A stretch of 55,399 nucleotides of DNA, filler included, from Sphacelaria rigidula (GCA_964200075.2; 5 parts of 5 records of this genome joined end to end with filler, not necessarily neighbours in it), one strand, 5' to 3'. Shown: positions 24,285 to 37,153, numbered from the whole stretch's first letter. The notes: a model not told the origin generated them from the letters alone. Program-made: numbers and translations.

Positions 24285-27200
24285 TCAAGAGTTGGCAGGG
24301 CAGGGGGCACTACACGACAAGACTGTCACCTTTCTGTGAAGGATCCGTATTCCGTCTCCGAAAGCCCCCTCGAGTGCAGCGGTAGCCAGGGCAACAGCCC
24401 GAAACACAGACTCGTCATCGAAGATGATTATTCCGCCCACAGTGAGGAGCCGAAAGGCGAGCATCCCATCAGAAAGCACATCTGCCAACTGCGAACATAC
24501 AACGCGACCACACGGGCACGTAGCAGCACAGAGGCCAAGGCGAAGTCTCGGAACCTCAGTGAAAATCCTGGGATCCAGTTTGGTGTGCCTCTTCAACCGT
24601 TTCATTGCCAGCTATGTGGGCCACCGCCAAAGTTGTGATGATGATTCATGAACGAATGACCCTGCACTCAACATCCCAAAACTCTCGTCGTCGAGCAAGG
24701 GGTGGTATATGCTTCAGTTCCTGCACCACACCGAAACCTTTGATGTCAGATCAAATTTCGAGCAGGGGGGGACGAGGGGGTGGCGCACTTCAAATCATAG
24801 TCACTAGGCTCTTAGGTATACTCAGACCCCTGGAACTAAAGGTGGTTCACGTGCTGAGAGCATATTGACAAACTTGGAACCGGGGTGTACACTACTACTT
24901 CCACTCTCGAGAGATTGGTAGAAATTGACCTCGAGTCTCAACGATCGAACTGGTGTAGTGTAGTGATTCACATATACTAGCAAGACGGGTGACTTTTCGA
25001 GTTATCTGGTGACCACACCGCACCCTATGGGAAGGGGGGGGGGGGGATAGAGGAGTTTACGTACTTATTTGTTGCTTGCTTTAGTCGTTTGACCGTTGAC
25101 CACGCATCACTTTCGAGACGGAGCACCGCCCCTACTCCTAATAGAGACACCTTCAACATTCCGGTGCTCATTACGTTTCTTCCATACATTGCACAACAAC
25201 CTGTTACACGTATATCTCTCACCCTTCCTGATTCGCGGTCTGTGGCCACCATCCGTCTCCTAGTGTGGCCATCGTTTTCTCGCTACTGTCTAATGCATCA
25301 CACTATTTCATGCCACGTTCGTTCACGTCCCGCATTTCCCCCTCTAGCCCGTCCTGTTCCTCCTGGTACACAGTATTTCATATTCTACCACTACATGAGC
25401 TCTACTCTCTATTGCCTTGCCACAGGGGCAATTCAGTGCAGCTACTTCATCCTCCTCTCGACTACTGGTTTATCTCTTCTTTTTTTTTTATGGCAGATCC
25501 AGGTCTCCCACCCAGAATCCCAGTTTCATTTGTTCTCGCGGAGTCCATGGGGCTATGCGGATAGGTGTTCGCCCCTATCCCCTCTGTCAATCCACCGTAT
25601 ACATTCAGGCGCTCTTTCTCGTCTAGTTTCCGTCTGAGCGTTTATTTTCCCCTTATTTCTATCATGTTTCATATTTCTGACTTGTACCAGTCACAATTAC
25701 CTATGAACATTATCTCGTCCTGGGGGGGGGGGGGGGGGGAGCGGGCAAAAATCAGTCCGCCTGACTCTTTGTGTGTGTACTGTGAACCACTCTTGTAGCA
25801 AATGCAGTTGCTCGCGAAGGCCTTCTTACTGCATACTTGGTGATTTTCGTTCACGGTGCAAATACTTCCACAAGACCAGAAAAAATATATATTTGATAAG
25901 GCCAAAAGAGGACGACGGCGCGCGGGAGGCGGGCAGGGATCGCAGAAAATGAGGCATGTGCTACCCCTTAAGTCGAACGATATAGTATAAACTTTGTGCA
26001 AACAACGTATTCTCTCGAGAGTTTATATACCATGGACGAGTAAGATGCATGTTTCGTTCGTGAAGGCTACGTGCACCACCCTAATCCTGATAGATCTCCT
26101 CGCGTTTCTGGAGGTGGCAGAAGCTCGGCTTGTGTGGAACAAGGTGCTCCGATTTGCGTCATGTCAGCACGACCGCTTCACCACCAGCGCGTGCTGCACC
26201 GGCCGGCGCAGCGGCGACCCACGGCTGGACGAGGGTGAGCTGCTAAAAGAGCAATACATTGTCACCAGTCATGCAACTGTAGGTGTTGCTCATTTGGGCC
26301 CAGGTGTTTCTCAATTAGGGGTTCCTAAAGTTGGGAGCTACACAAGAATCTGGGACAAGTCATTTTCGTTTTAAAATTCATTTGATATTTCTAGCCCATT
26401 GGGTTGCTGGTCGTGGGGTTCCTTGGCTGAGATTATGGGCCCTTAAAACTTCGACCCCTGAGGAATTTATGGTGCACCCCTACGGTGGCATGACTCTCGA
26501 CAGAATCGTCATAGCTGTTTTGATCGCGGGACGATCCACTAGGACGAGGCTTGGGTGTGTCTCTCCGAGGGTATGGGAAGAATGTGATCCTGTGGTAGGG
26601 AGGAGGGGCGGGGGGGGGGGGCAGGAATGGAGCCATTTGTTGCACGAAGTAGCCACTTTGAAAAGTCGCTGCAAGCAGATATATACATGTCTATAGGAAT
26701 GCTCTTGTTTTCAACATCATTGGTAGATTGACACCGTTTCCAATCACGTGGAAATTCATTTCTAGTGTGTGAGATCGTTTAACACCCTGGTGACCCCATT
26801 TGTCGGTGCACCGAACCCCCCCCCCCCCCCCCCCCATCGTAGGATATGTCAAAGGTGTACTCCGAGTAGAATGAGAAAGGGGCAGTCCAAGGGGCGCCCC
26901 AACTCTTCGTAGTATGACGATGCCCCGGTGGTAAAATGAACAATAACCAGAGATGACTGAACATGCGATCCACACGGATATTTCCGTGAACGTGCAGCCT
27001 GCGGAGGAACGATATATTGCCTCCTGTTTGCGGGCATGTGTTCGGACGAGTACCTACTCTAGTACTCGCCCCCCCCTATCCCCTCTTCTCCCTTTTTGAG
27101 GGTTGGCGTTGGCTGGCAATGATGCTGTGAATCACGCTATTCACTGCGTAAGCGAGACAACCAGTTTACCGAGGTTTACTTTGCTTGCGTTTGTTTTTTC

Positions 27201-30200
27201 GAAAACCATGATGCTGCTCCACTTAGATCATGTTGTGCGGGGTGGGAGAACTTCGATTCCATGATGATCGTACTAGGTACTATTTTAATATGGTGAGAAC
27301 ACCATGAGGCGGTGTATAAGCTGCGGCTGTCTCGGGAAGTGGCGATGCCAGAAAATAAAGCAGCTCATTGTAGGCTGTCATCCAAATGCAGGATAATCAG
27401 TACGCGTCGGACCGTACAATGTCAGCGGATGCAGCTCACCCTTCATGCGACTCGCCGAACACATCACGGCGCTTCGCGCTTGGTGATCGACAGCAAGCCT
27501 GGTCCGGCGAAGACCCGGCGTGTTCCGTCCCGCCTTTGTAGGGATGCGAGATCAATGGTCATGTGACTACGGCATGCATGATCATGAGTACACCCCCCTG
27601 CGTGCTCTTTGCACTTCCATCCCCGTAATAACAATACAAAGTCAACAGATTGAGCCTCTTTGTGTGTCGTCTCACCTCGTGCGAGGCGTCGACGTAAATG
27701 ACGTCGAATGAAGAACTTTGTCCGGAAGCAACTAGCCCTGTATCACCAGCATCCGACACACGTAGGAGGGCGAGACGCCTTCAAACGCAAACACAGCGTC
27801 GATGTTCTTAGGGGGGTGGTCGGAAGACGTCGTTGACCCTCACGATAGATGGCCACACAATTATCTCAAATGTATCGTGAAGTAGAGTTCATCGTAATCT
27901 GCGTATTTCCGGAGGAAGCCCAGGGAACCGAGGGATATTCACGGCATGGGTGTGGAGCGTTTTCTGCTATGCGCTAGCTTACGGTAGAGTCAACTGACGT
28001 TGGCAATCGACGACCACTGCAGAGTTTGTTAGCCTCCCGACGTCGTTTCCTGTCCATTCTGCTCGAACCTAGTTGATTGGGTCAATCTTCCAGACGCGCT
28101 GCGTTACCACAGCAGTGCGTGCACGCGTACCGATCCATCATTTTCCAGACTTCCCTTACCCATTTTGAGCTATATATTGCTCCCGTCACAAGTTGAGCCT
28201 ATCCCCCTATTCGGGACGAGTCCGCGGGGTTAAGGGGTCAACTCAGGTCTCCCTTGGTCCACCACCAGAATACTCCTGCTCATATGGCACATTCGATCAG
28301 CACTCCGACAACGCGTCAACGCTCGTAAAAAAAGCTGTACGCTTAGTGTTAGGTCCCCACGCTTTTAACGACGGCAATTAGACCGTTCTCAAAAAAATAT
28401 CCATTTGCATCTGCCGTAAAGCCGGACCCACATTCCTCCGACCTATCCCGTGTAGCTTGTACCAATCAGGCCACCGAGGAGCGGTGGACCAGGACTATCT
28501 GGGGGAAAGATGGTAGGGGGCGGGGAGGATATAGTCAGATACTTAATGTCATCGCTATTTGATCATTGATCACGCGTATTCAACATGAGGTAGAATGGGC
28601 GTGAGACATCCAGCGATACCATCCACACTATTGCACCCACTCACGTGCATGCGTATCGACAAATGATTTTCGGAATCTTCAAGAAACAGAAGTCGATCCA
28701 CTCCTTTACCGTTCGAGACCGCGAAAATAATTATTAGGCGAGTGGTACTGACTCCGTCAGGCGAATCTCCGAGGTCCGAAGCTTGCTGACAAAAACAAAG
28801 AACCTCTGCGAAGGTTGGTCGTTTGCCATTTTGTCACGAACAGAGCGAAAATACAATGATGAAGAAGAACATGTCGCAAAATTGGTACGAGTTAGGGAGG
28901 GGGCTCAGGTGGCTTCAGTCTCGACAAGTGAAGGTATGTTACGGCTACGTTCAACGAGCGTCCATGGCCCTGGTCAGGAGCGTCCCACGAAAGAGTTCGC
29001 CGCTCTCACTGTACTCATGCTGATGCGTAACTCGACTTCCACTTCACCAAGGTTTGGATACTACTGGATCCCAAATGGTGTACGAAGAGAACTGCAAAAA
29101 ATCGGCACATGATGTCCCTCCCGTGAGGTGACCGCTGTATGACCATTCTTCACGCACAGTGTAGAAAACGTTCATCCCGAAAGGGCATGAGTCGTGCTTA
29201 CACGTTTGTCATAACAATGCTCGACAGGATGTTTTAGGACATTTATGATTTTGATATAAGGCTAACCCAAACCGCCATCCCAACCCAAGACATACCGAGA
29301 ACCCTCGGGCATGGGGGGGGTGCAAAGGGTGCTCTAGGCCAAGTGTGCGTTGGCAGACCTCTCATCGGCGCCTGTGAACTGGATGTGTAAAAAACGCATT
29401 CTGAGCAAGCTAGGAGCACCCGGGATTGTGCCCCCTTCGAAGATCCGAATATTGGTGATCACCCTGAGATCAAGATCAAGCACTTTTTGACAAACGAGTA
29501 AGCTCTACTGAGAAAATCGGTAAATCGATGATATCGTATTGTTAGTTGGTTCGAAATGGCGGCGTCGTGCCGCATCACCGCAGTATCTCCAGATCATCGG
29601 TCACCACCGAATTGACCCGTTTCGTACTCTCACCGGAGAGGGACAACATAGAGTCGCCTTTGATCACATGCACTCGTTCTCCTCCCTTGTTAGGTACCCT
29701 CACCATGTTGTGTCTGAACTTCTCCTGGAGAGCAGTGGTCGAGACGCGGCGTGCAGGGTGACAAAAAAATAGGAGCGTTTTGCCAATAGCCTATTGGTGG
29801 CTTGTTTCTCAATCGTATTTGATGCCGGAGAGTACTTTGCTGCCGGGGTACGGCTCATTCTTCCTGACGCCTGCCCCTGATCCTGTTCCTTGCTCATGTT
29901 CCCTCTCTTTCATTTTCTTTCATGTTTTGTCGTCCTTTTTTATACTTCTTATCTGAAGCAATGATTCGTGCTCCTATTGTTCTTCCCTTTCCTTACCTTG
30001 CGCTGCGTTACCTCATCATACCTTCCTCTTCATTTTATCGTCTCTTGTTGTACTTCGTATCCTGTTTCTTTACGTTTGCCTCTCAGTGCGGTTCAGTTTG
30101 CTCCGTTTGTTTCATCTTTCTTTCTTCGTCTTCCCCCCTTCTGCAGCTTTTTGAAGTAAGTGTTTTTCATTTTTTCGCCTTGGGGAACGTCTATCTTCTC

Positions 30201-32171
30201 ACCGAAGCCGAATCTCTTGCGGATCAGTCGATGTGCGACAGCCAATCAATCAATCAATGACACTATCTACGATACCCCCCCCCCAAAAAAAAAAACCCAA
30301 AAAACAGCCCAAAACTATCACTTACGAAACGATCATACAGCGCCTGATGTTTGGTTCCAGGCTGCATCGAGCGCCTCATATGAGCGACATCGGCCAAAAC
30401 GAACCCAAGCGCGAGAATCCCAAGCTGCTTGTTGTGCTCGTTTTTTGCCATTGCGATATACCTGTAGATTTTGCCTTCCCAAACCAGCCACTTTTTCGGG
30501 GGGAGGGCTATCGTAGAAAGTGTCCAATCTACACGAGGATCCCCTGCAGCCCGGCACTACTTAAGGTCCTCACTACTTCTTGATGCCTGGCGCAAAGATG
30601 TGAAGTCGCTTGCCCGGTGCAACGGGTGTAAAAGTGCACGGTAGATCCCTTCTCCTGCGTCTGCCGGTTAGATTATCGAGCTTCGCGCCGATTCTATGTG
30701 TAACAGTGTTCTCGTGAGATTGAGGGTAGAGGATACCATTGAAAATGAAAAGCGGTCAATCAGTGAATGAATCGTTTCAGTTCCGAATGCCCCCCCACGA
30801 GGCCCGATATGCTTTCTGTAGTAGCTTGCCACTGAGGCGCTTGATGTCCCTGAGCAGGATGTCGACGTAAAGCTACAACCGCACGGCAGTGATAGAGGCA
30901 AAGAAGAGCACACATGGAATGAAAGATTGACAAGGTTGAAGTGAATGATCAAAGCCACTCTCAATCGGCGCTCTACTCTCAATCTCACGTAAACGTTGTT
31001 ATATACAAATGTAGCGCCTGCGACTGCACTTGAGAAATAACACCCGAACATAGACGGGGATGTCCAAGCACGGCCACCGGCCTGTGCGGTTTGCATCGAT
31101 CGCCTCGGAAGACTGTTCAACCCCTTCCGGTTCGAGTAGTCTCTCACCTCCGCACCAGCCATATTGATATCCAAGGCGAGTATATCCGGCGAGCCTTCCC
31201 ATGAGTCGAGACACAGCAATCGAGAATCTGGGTGGTTGAGGAGATTTTCGGCGAACCATATGGCCGACGCCCCTTCAAAGCTTCCGATCTGAAGACGTTA
31301 AACGAAAAACAAAATTGACAGTGCGAAATTTCGGATGTAATTTCCGTATCCCGGCAGCTTGAGTGCCAGGCCGGATATGCTTGGGCCCCGAGGCAATATT
31401 TAGGAAAATGCACTTTCTTTAGCTATTGCTGTAGATAACTGTAGATGCAGTTGCTATAGATACCCGAAGCCCAAGAACGGAACCTACCTCGAGCACGGAA
31501 AGGGGACGTGCGGCTGATGTCGATATGAACCCCCGTAGATATTCTTCAAAAACCTCTCGCCCCTGGATCTCGAACCAGAACGTGCTGCGATCGTATCCTC
31601 GCTGTGGTGGCGCCAGCGGAAAAAGCGTAGACATACGGTGACATTGATATTTCGAGGGTCATTCTTGACAGGCCCTCAATACCCGCGACACTTGGGACAT
31701 ACGTACGTAGCAGATCTCACGGGAAAATAAAGAGAAACGTGCGCAGGGAGAGTAAGCATGGGGTGCAAGCAGAACATGTAAACTTCCACGTAATTTCCCC
31801 CTTTCTTTGCACAAATAAATCATCGCTCCTGCACCTTTCCAGCGCATCAGCGATGCCTCCCGGGGAGAAGCGTACGACCAAACTGAACGTGGTTGATTCT
31901 CCCCCTTACAGCGACCTCGAGCCTGGTCCGGAGAAAACCCGGCGTGCTACGTCCCGGCTTTGTAGGGATGCGAGGTCAATGGTCTTATGACTATGGCATG
32001 CATAATCATGAGTACACCTAACCGCAAACGCCACGACAGGTTCGGCTGTGGTTTTTCGAATCCACAACAATGACTTACCTTCATGGACATGAGTTTGCCG
32101 GTGACCTCGACGACGAACCGTTCGTTGCCCAATCCTTCCTCTTTGACCGTTTTCTCTACAACAGAGCGCAC
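24285..32171 (-). CDS. Class I SAM-dependent methyltransferase (Methyltransf_24-like), 5'-incomplete, at least 6 exons
   Basis: Phase-consistent GT-AG exons 32171-32079, 31601-31488, 31288-31148, 29724-29634, 27737-27676 and 24488-24285 (alternatively a donor at 24330). Spliced motifs SVLEIGSFEGASAIWFAENLLNHPDSRLLCLDSWEG, EKFRHNM, VHVIKGDS, FDVIYVDASHE, DVLSDGMLAFRLLTVGGIIIFDD. Confidence 0.88.
25058..25125 (+). repeat. MITE family C, left end fragment
   Basis: Same motif as 24054-24120 and 32726-32795. Confidence 0.7.
26267..26495. mobile_element. Small MITE-like element with ~26-bp imperfect TIRs
   Basis: AGTCATGCAACTGTAGGTGTTGCTCAT versus ATGGTGCACCCCTACGGTGGCATGACT; no clear TSD. Confidence 0.5.
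27060..27597 (+). mobile_element. MITE family C, interior and right end
   Basis: 27060-27230 matches 33040-33203; 27260-27597 matches 34295-34630. Ends ...ATGCATGATCATGAGTACACCCC. Confidence 0.85.
29900..30258 (+). repeat. LINE-type 3' end with (CAAT)n tail
   Basis: T/C-rich tract, then the shared terminus TTGCGGATCAG...GTGCGACAGCCAATCAATCAATCAAT. Confidence 0.55.
31917..32018 (+). repeat. MITE family C, right end
   Basis: GAGCCTGGTCCGG...TTTGTAGGGATGCGAGGTCAATGGTCTTATGACTATGGCATGCATAATCATGAGTACACC. Confidence 0.88.
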
Positions 32172-32725
32172 CTGACACAAACATGCGCCCGTGACGTCAC
32201 CCGAGCGGCGGGTGGGTTGATGGCAGGAGTGCACTCGACGACTTGGTGGAGAAAGTGAGCGTACTTACAGTTTTGTGTTGTCTTGGATACGTCTATCATG
32301 CGATCACGGCTGGATCCCTGGGGGGTCAGTTCAAGTGCGACAATCAAATAAGAGAATCAAACCAAAAATATAAAATCACTTAGTGTTCTACATGCCTCGG
32401 CAAACGTACAGCCCACGCCTATCGCCAGTGTTTCATAAGTCGGTAAAGGTCTGGCGCTTTTTTGGCATGGCGTATACATGTTGGATTAGTCTGATACGCA
32501 GAATTGCCTAGAATCAAGCACGCGCAATGCCAAAACGGTATAATTTATCCTGAACAACGCTTCCCGGTGTATTTTCAGGAAGCGGGCGAGTTTGTGAAGT
32601 CCGCGAATGTCACCCGAACAAGACCTGTGTGGTGAAACCGCGGTTTTTCAAGTTGGTGTCGCACACACGTCGTTGTCATGTTTATCTTACAGGGAGCAGA
32701 GGGGCAAACGACTGATGCTCCAATA

Positions 32726-33203
32726 GGGGGCGTACCCGTGTGTTGTTTGTCTTCGTCGTTTGACGATTGACCACGCATCCCTTTCGAGACGGCGCTACGA
32801 TGGGAGGGGGGTGGGTGGGTGAGGGGGGTACTCGATTCTACGAAAAATAGAGGCTCACAAGTGTGTCGGGTGACCAAACTACTCGCGGTGTGTCTGTTTT
32901 GCGGTGAAAACGGTGTGAAGCGGTATGAACGAGAGTGTGTTATTGGTAACAAGCGCGACCAAACAAACCTTGCGGCTCTGAACGACGATTCGACGATTCG
33001 AGGTGGACTTTCGTGTAAGGAAAGGCCCGAAATACCTCCCCCCCGCCCCCCCCTATCGATCCCCTGATGGGGTTGGCGTCGGTTGGCGATAGCGCTGTAA
33101 AACACGCCACTCACTGCGTAAGCTAGGCAACCAGGTTACCGGGGTTTTTTTGCGCGCTTGCGGGTTTTTTTCCGGTCACCATGATGGTGGTCGAGCTAGA
33201 TCA
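32726..33203 (+). mobile_element. MITE family C, left end and interior, cut by the contig end
   Basis: Begins TA|GGGGGCGTACCC; the distal part matches 27060-27230. Confidence 0.8.
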
Positions 33204-33303
33204 NNNNNNNNNNNNNNNNNNNNNNNNNNNNNNNNNNNNNNNNNNNNTTAATTAATTAANNNNNNNNNNNNNNNNNNNNNNNNNNNNNNNNNNNNNNNNN
33301 NNN
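33204..33303. other. Artificial contig-joining spacer
   Basis: Same N44-TTAATTAATTAA-N44 structure. Confidence 0.98.
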
Positions 33304-33634
33304 TGGAAGGGGGGCGGGGTCACCGGGCAAAAAAACAAGGCAAGCAACAAATGCTTCCCCCCCCCCCCCCCCCCCCCCTCCCCTGCTCTGCCCATCTGAA
33401 TGTCCGTACACATCGTGGCCGATTTTCAAACCAAATTGTGTTGCTTTTCCTCGTCATGTATGTTGTGATTTCGAGGACACTGACATAGTTCCGCTCTCTT
33501 GTCCCATTTGATGTCGAATGGTGCAAGCTCCTATCTATACACAACGTCTGGGGTGAATGATGTTCACTTTTCTCTATTTTTTTTGTCTCTCGTTGTTTTG
33601 ACTGCTTCACTCGTTATTTTGTTCGTGGCAACAG

Positions 33635-36248
33635 CCCCGGGAGCCTCAGCGGCTCCTCCTTCCCCAGACCACCTCGCGTTGATTTCCAAGTTTTTAGGAC
33701 AGGCGTGCTCGGCGGAAAATAAGAAGGCGTTATCGCCCCTCATGTTTCTGGTGCTGGCACTAGTTCCGGAGATCTTCTTGGGCGACGCTGGGTAAGACCC
33801 GTGTCTGTCGTTTAGTGCGTATATGTCCAGCAGATGATCAAGCAGCAGGCGGGTTTTGCATTCAACGGGTAGAACATATATTGTACGATAGAACGGTAAC
33901 AGGCTTTGCTGTGTATGTAGCACACATAAAGTTGCATGCTCTGGGCCTTCGAACCGGCGAAGGAGCGGAAAAGCACCAAGCAACGTGTAGCGTGGTTGTA
34001 AGTCAGGAATGACTGGTCGCAAGTCTGCAGCAAGGGTTTGAGTATCAAGAAGGTTCGGAAATCGCACAATGGCTGTGCCGGGCCCCAGCATCAACTACAT
34101 GTGCCAGCTTCGAGGTACCAACCGTTCAAGACGGACTCGCTTCCATTCAATCTGTAACTCGACGCCATAATATATGTCGTGATCCACAAATCTTCTCATA
34201 ACGCTCTTACCGGTGAAAATATACGACTTCCGGGGTGAACGCAATACAGTAGCTGGTTTTACTTTGGAACCCTCCCCCCCCCCCCGCCCCAATGGGGATG
34301 ATCGTACTGCGTAGTGTGTACATGGTGAGACACCCATGAGGCAGTGTAAAAGCGGTGGCTGTCTCTGGAAGTGGCGATACCAGAAAATGAAGCAACGCAT
34401 TGGTGGCTGTCATCCAAATGCAAGATAATGAGTAGGCTCTGGGGCAAACGATCTTAGTAAGGATGCAGCTCACCCTTCATGCGATTGGCCGAACACGCCA
34501 CGGCGCTTCGCGCTTGTTGATTGAGTGCGAGCCTGGTCCGGCGAAAACCCGGCGTGCTCCGTCCCTGCTTTGTGGGGTTGCGAGGTCGATGGTCTGATGA
34601 CTACGGCATGCAAGATCATGAATACCTCGCTCATACACACACGCACACACTCCCCCTTCTGCCGTCAATCTCGTCCATCCCTTTCGAAAATTAGACCTGC
34701 TGCCCGGGGCCTATCCGTCACCGCCTACAGCTCCTCCCTACCCGTCGGGGCCGGCTTGGGCTCTTCAGCAGCGTTTTGCGTGGCAACATCTGCCGCCCTT
34801 AGCCGCCTGTCGAAGCTCGTTTCAACAGGAGGCGTTGCTCGTGGCGATCAAAGTGGCGGGGGCGGCGGGGGGGAACGGCCCACAGTCTCTGAGCTTGAGG
34901 AAATCAACGCGTGGGCGTATGCCGGAGAAACGGTGCTGCATGGAACGCCGTCTGGGCTTGATAACACGGTTAGCTGTTTCGGCGGGGCGATCAAGTTCAT
35001 CAAGGGTATGAGCGGCGCAGGAAATGTGACGGAGGTGAGGAGCGACAAAAAAACGCACGATTTTTTATTCGTTTCACAGCGGGAGGAGAGTGTGCTTGTT
35101 GGAGTGTGGAGTGTGGCTTAAAATATGTTGATATGAGTATGGATGCTTTGCATACGTCTGCTGCCGTACCCTGTCATGATATCCTCCTCTCTTTGTCCCC
35201 AACCTTTGGAGAGGCTGGCCATTTCTATAATATTATAGCTATTTTTTGTCTTTGTTTTTTCGTATGTTGTTCAGTTTTCTTGAGCGGGTGGTTCCGTTGT
35301 AGTTATCTTGGGTACGTCGATCTCATGACCACATCTTTCATTCATGCCTGGGAAATCAATTAGTGCGCGAACAGTCAATCAGTCAATCATCACTGGAAAA
35401 TAAACCGTACCCTGGACAACAGATTGACATGAGCAAAAAACAAATGTTCCCGTGAAGGCGTACAGTATCGAATTTCTATTTTCTGTTACAATAGACGACA
35501 TATTCGAATATTCGATACTGTTCGCAGTACATTCTTTCCCTATGTCGTTTGTTGTCCTTGTCCAGTCCGTGAAACAAACACGCTGGATAATGACAAAAAA
35601 TTACACCGTCAAGAAGTGTACTGCGTACGGTATGGAATCTACAAACTTTTGGCGGAGACGCAATGGTTGATACTGTACGCCGTACAATCTTTGACAATGT
35701 AATATACAGTATTGTCATATTCCAGGGCGTGGAAACAAAACCGATGACACTCACTGACACTAGAGTAACTATGGCCGGCCCTACCCCCCGGAACCGAAAC
35801 GTTCGCACGTATCGAGATATTTTATTCATCGCCGTGGACTGTTGAAAAAAAAATCAGCTTCCCTCTGCCCTTACGCGTGTACCACCCCACCCGCGGCGCT
35901 CTCCCACCTCTCACCAGCCCATTGTGGGGTTTCCACCACTGCCTATCCTGCTCACCAATACACTCGTGCCGAGGGAAACCCGAGCCCTAGTCGCGCGAGT
36001 GCGCCGCCTGCTGGAGGCCCACCGAGCACCGACCAGTGCTGTGTTCGACGCCATAGGAGCCGTGGCCGACGAATTTTTAGAGCTTGCGGCAGTGGGCGCA
36101 GGGGGAGGGTTGACAGCCGAAGGGGTGGCGGAGCTTGCGGAGATGAACCACCTACTGTTGAGCGCGTTGGGCGTGGGGCATCCGGCGTTGGAGCGTGTGT
36201 GTGCTGTGGGGAGGGAGTATGGTTGCAAGAGCAAGCTGACCGGAGCAG
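33635..36248 (+). CDS. MVK: Mevalonate kinase (GHMP kinase), partial, three internal exons
   Basis: Phase-consistent exons 33635-33791, 34695-35034 and 35918-36248. Motifs SSLPVGAGLGSSAAFCVA, INAWAYAGETVLHGTPSGLDNTVSCFGG, ILLTNTLVPRETRALVARV, MNHLLLSALGVGHPALERV, SKLTGAG. Confidence 0.93.
34295..34630 (+). mobile_element. MITE family C, interior and right end, in an MVK intron
   Basis: Colinear with 27260-27597 (GGCTGTCATCCAAATGCA; GGATGCAGCTCACCCTTCATGCGA; CACGGCGCTTCGCGCTT). Confidence 0.85.
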
Positions 36249-36767
36249 GTGGGTGGGTGGGGTTGATCAAGGTGTTTCGATTTTGGGCGGGGCACAGTGA
36301 GGGTGAGCAGTGTTTCGGTGAGATTGAGAGTGGGGGATAACACAACGGGGGGTGAGAAGCGGTCAGTTCATAAATAGAGCGTTTCAGTTCCGAAACGACC
36401 CTCCGCAAAGTCCGATACCGTTTCTGTAGTAGCTGGCCACTTGAGGCCTTCATATCCCTGGTTAGGATATGGGTGTGTTGATGTATGCACACGCCAGTGT
36501 TACAAACAAAAAAGGCGAGCACACAGATAATGAAAAACTGGTCAAGTTAGAGCGATGAGTAAACATGAACACGTGCCTAGAAAGTGCGGTATCAGCAACA
36601 TCCGGCAGACTGAATTCGCAGGGGCAGGTTCACTTGGTCACCACCAATCAGATCGTTGCGTTCTACTTGGGAATTAACTGGAGAGTAGTCTATAACCTAG
36701 CGTTCATGTGGTCTAATCCCACGGCCAATCACGCCCGCACTCACACGTTCCACATCAATTATTATTA

Positions 36768-37117
36768 TTATTTATCCTATCCTATATATTATCCTATCCT
36801 ATATATTTCCTATATTTCCTATATATTTTATCCTATATATTATTAGGGAAAATGATCCTCCGCTCCATACTGGTATCAAGTGAGCAAAATGATCCGCCGC
36901 TCCATACTGGAATCAAGTAATCGTGTGATCCTTCTCGGAACACTATTTTACATCAAAACAAACCTTCCATTACTATACAAAAAGTAAACGGCTCTGCAAG
37001 AGTCACAAAAAAAGGAGGCCCAGCAGTTCAACGGACTTGACAAAACAGAAAAGTAAACGGCTCGGCAAGAGTTACAAAAAAGGTGGAGCAGTTCGACGGT
37101 CTCGACAAAACAGAAGA
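36768..37117. repeat. Compound tandem-repeat zone
   Basis: AT-rich TATCC/TATATT low-complexity tract (36768-36845); 37-bp direct repeat AAAATGATCC.CCGCTCCATACTGG.ATCAAGT x2 (36849-36918); ~68-bp direct repeat AAAAGTAAACGGCTC...GACAAAACAGAA x2 (36980-37115). Confidence 0.85.
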
Positions 37118-37153
37118 GACCACAAACAGCAAGAGGTCTAGATACTATTTTAA

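Noticed and set aside
32269..32624. Candidate further upstream exons of the minus-strand methyltransferase
   Set aside because: An acceptor at 32624 opens a protein-like frame and a GTAAGT donor lies near 32270, but I could not join them in phase to 32171 with credible sites.
12813..36248. Apparent cluster of two methyltransferases and mevalonate kinase
   Set aside because: The genes lie on three different contigs joined artificially by length order.
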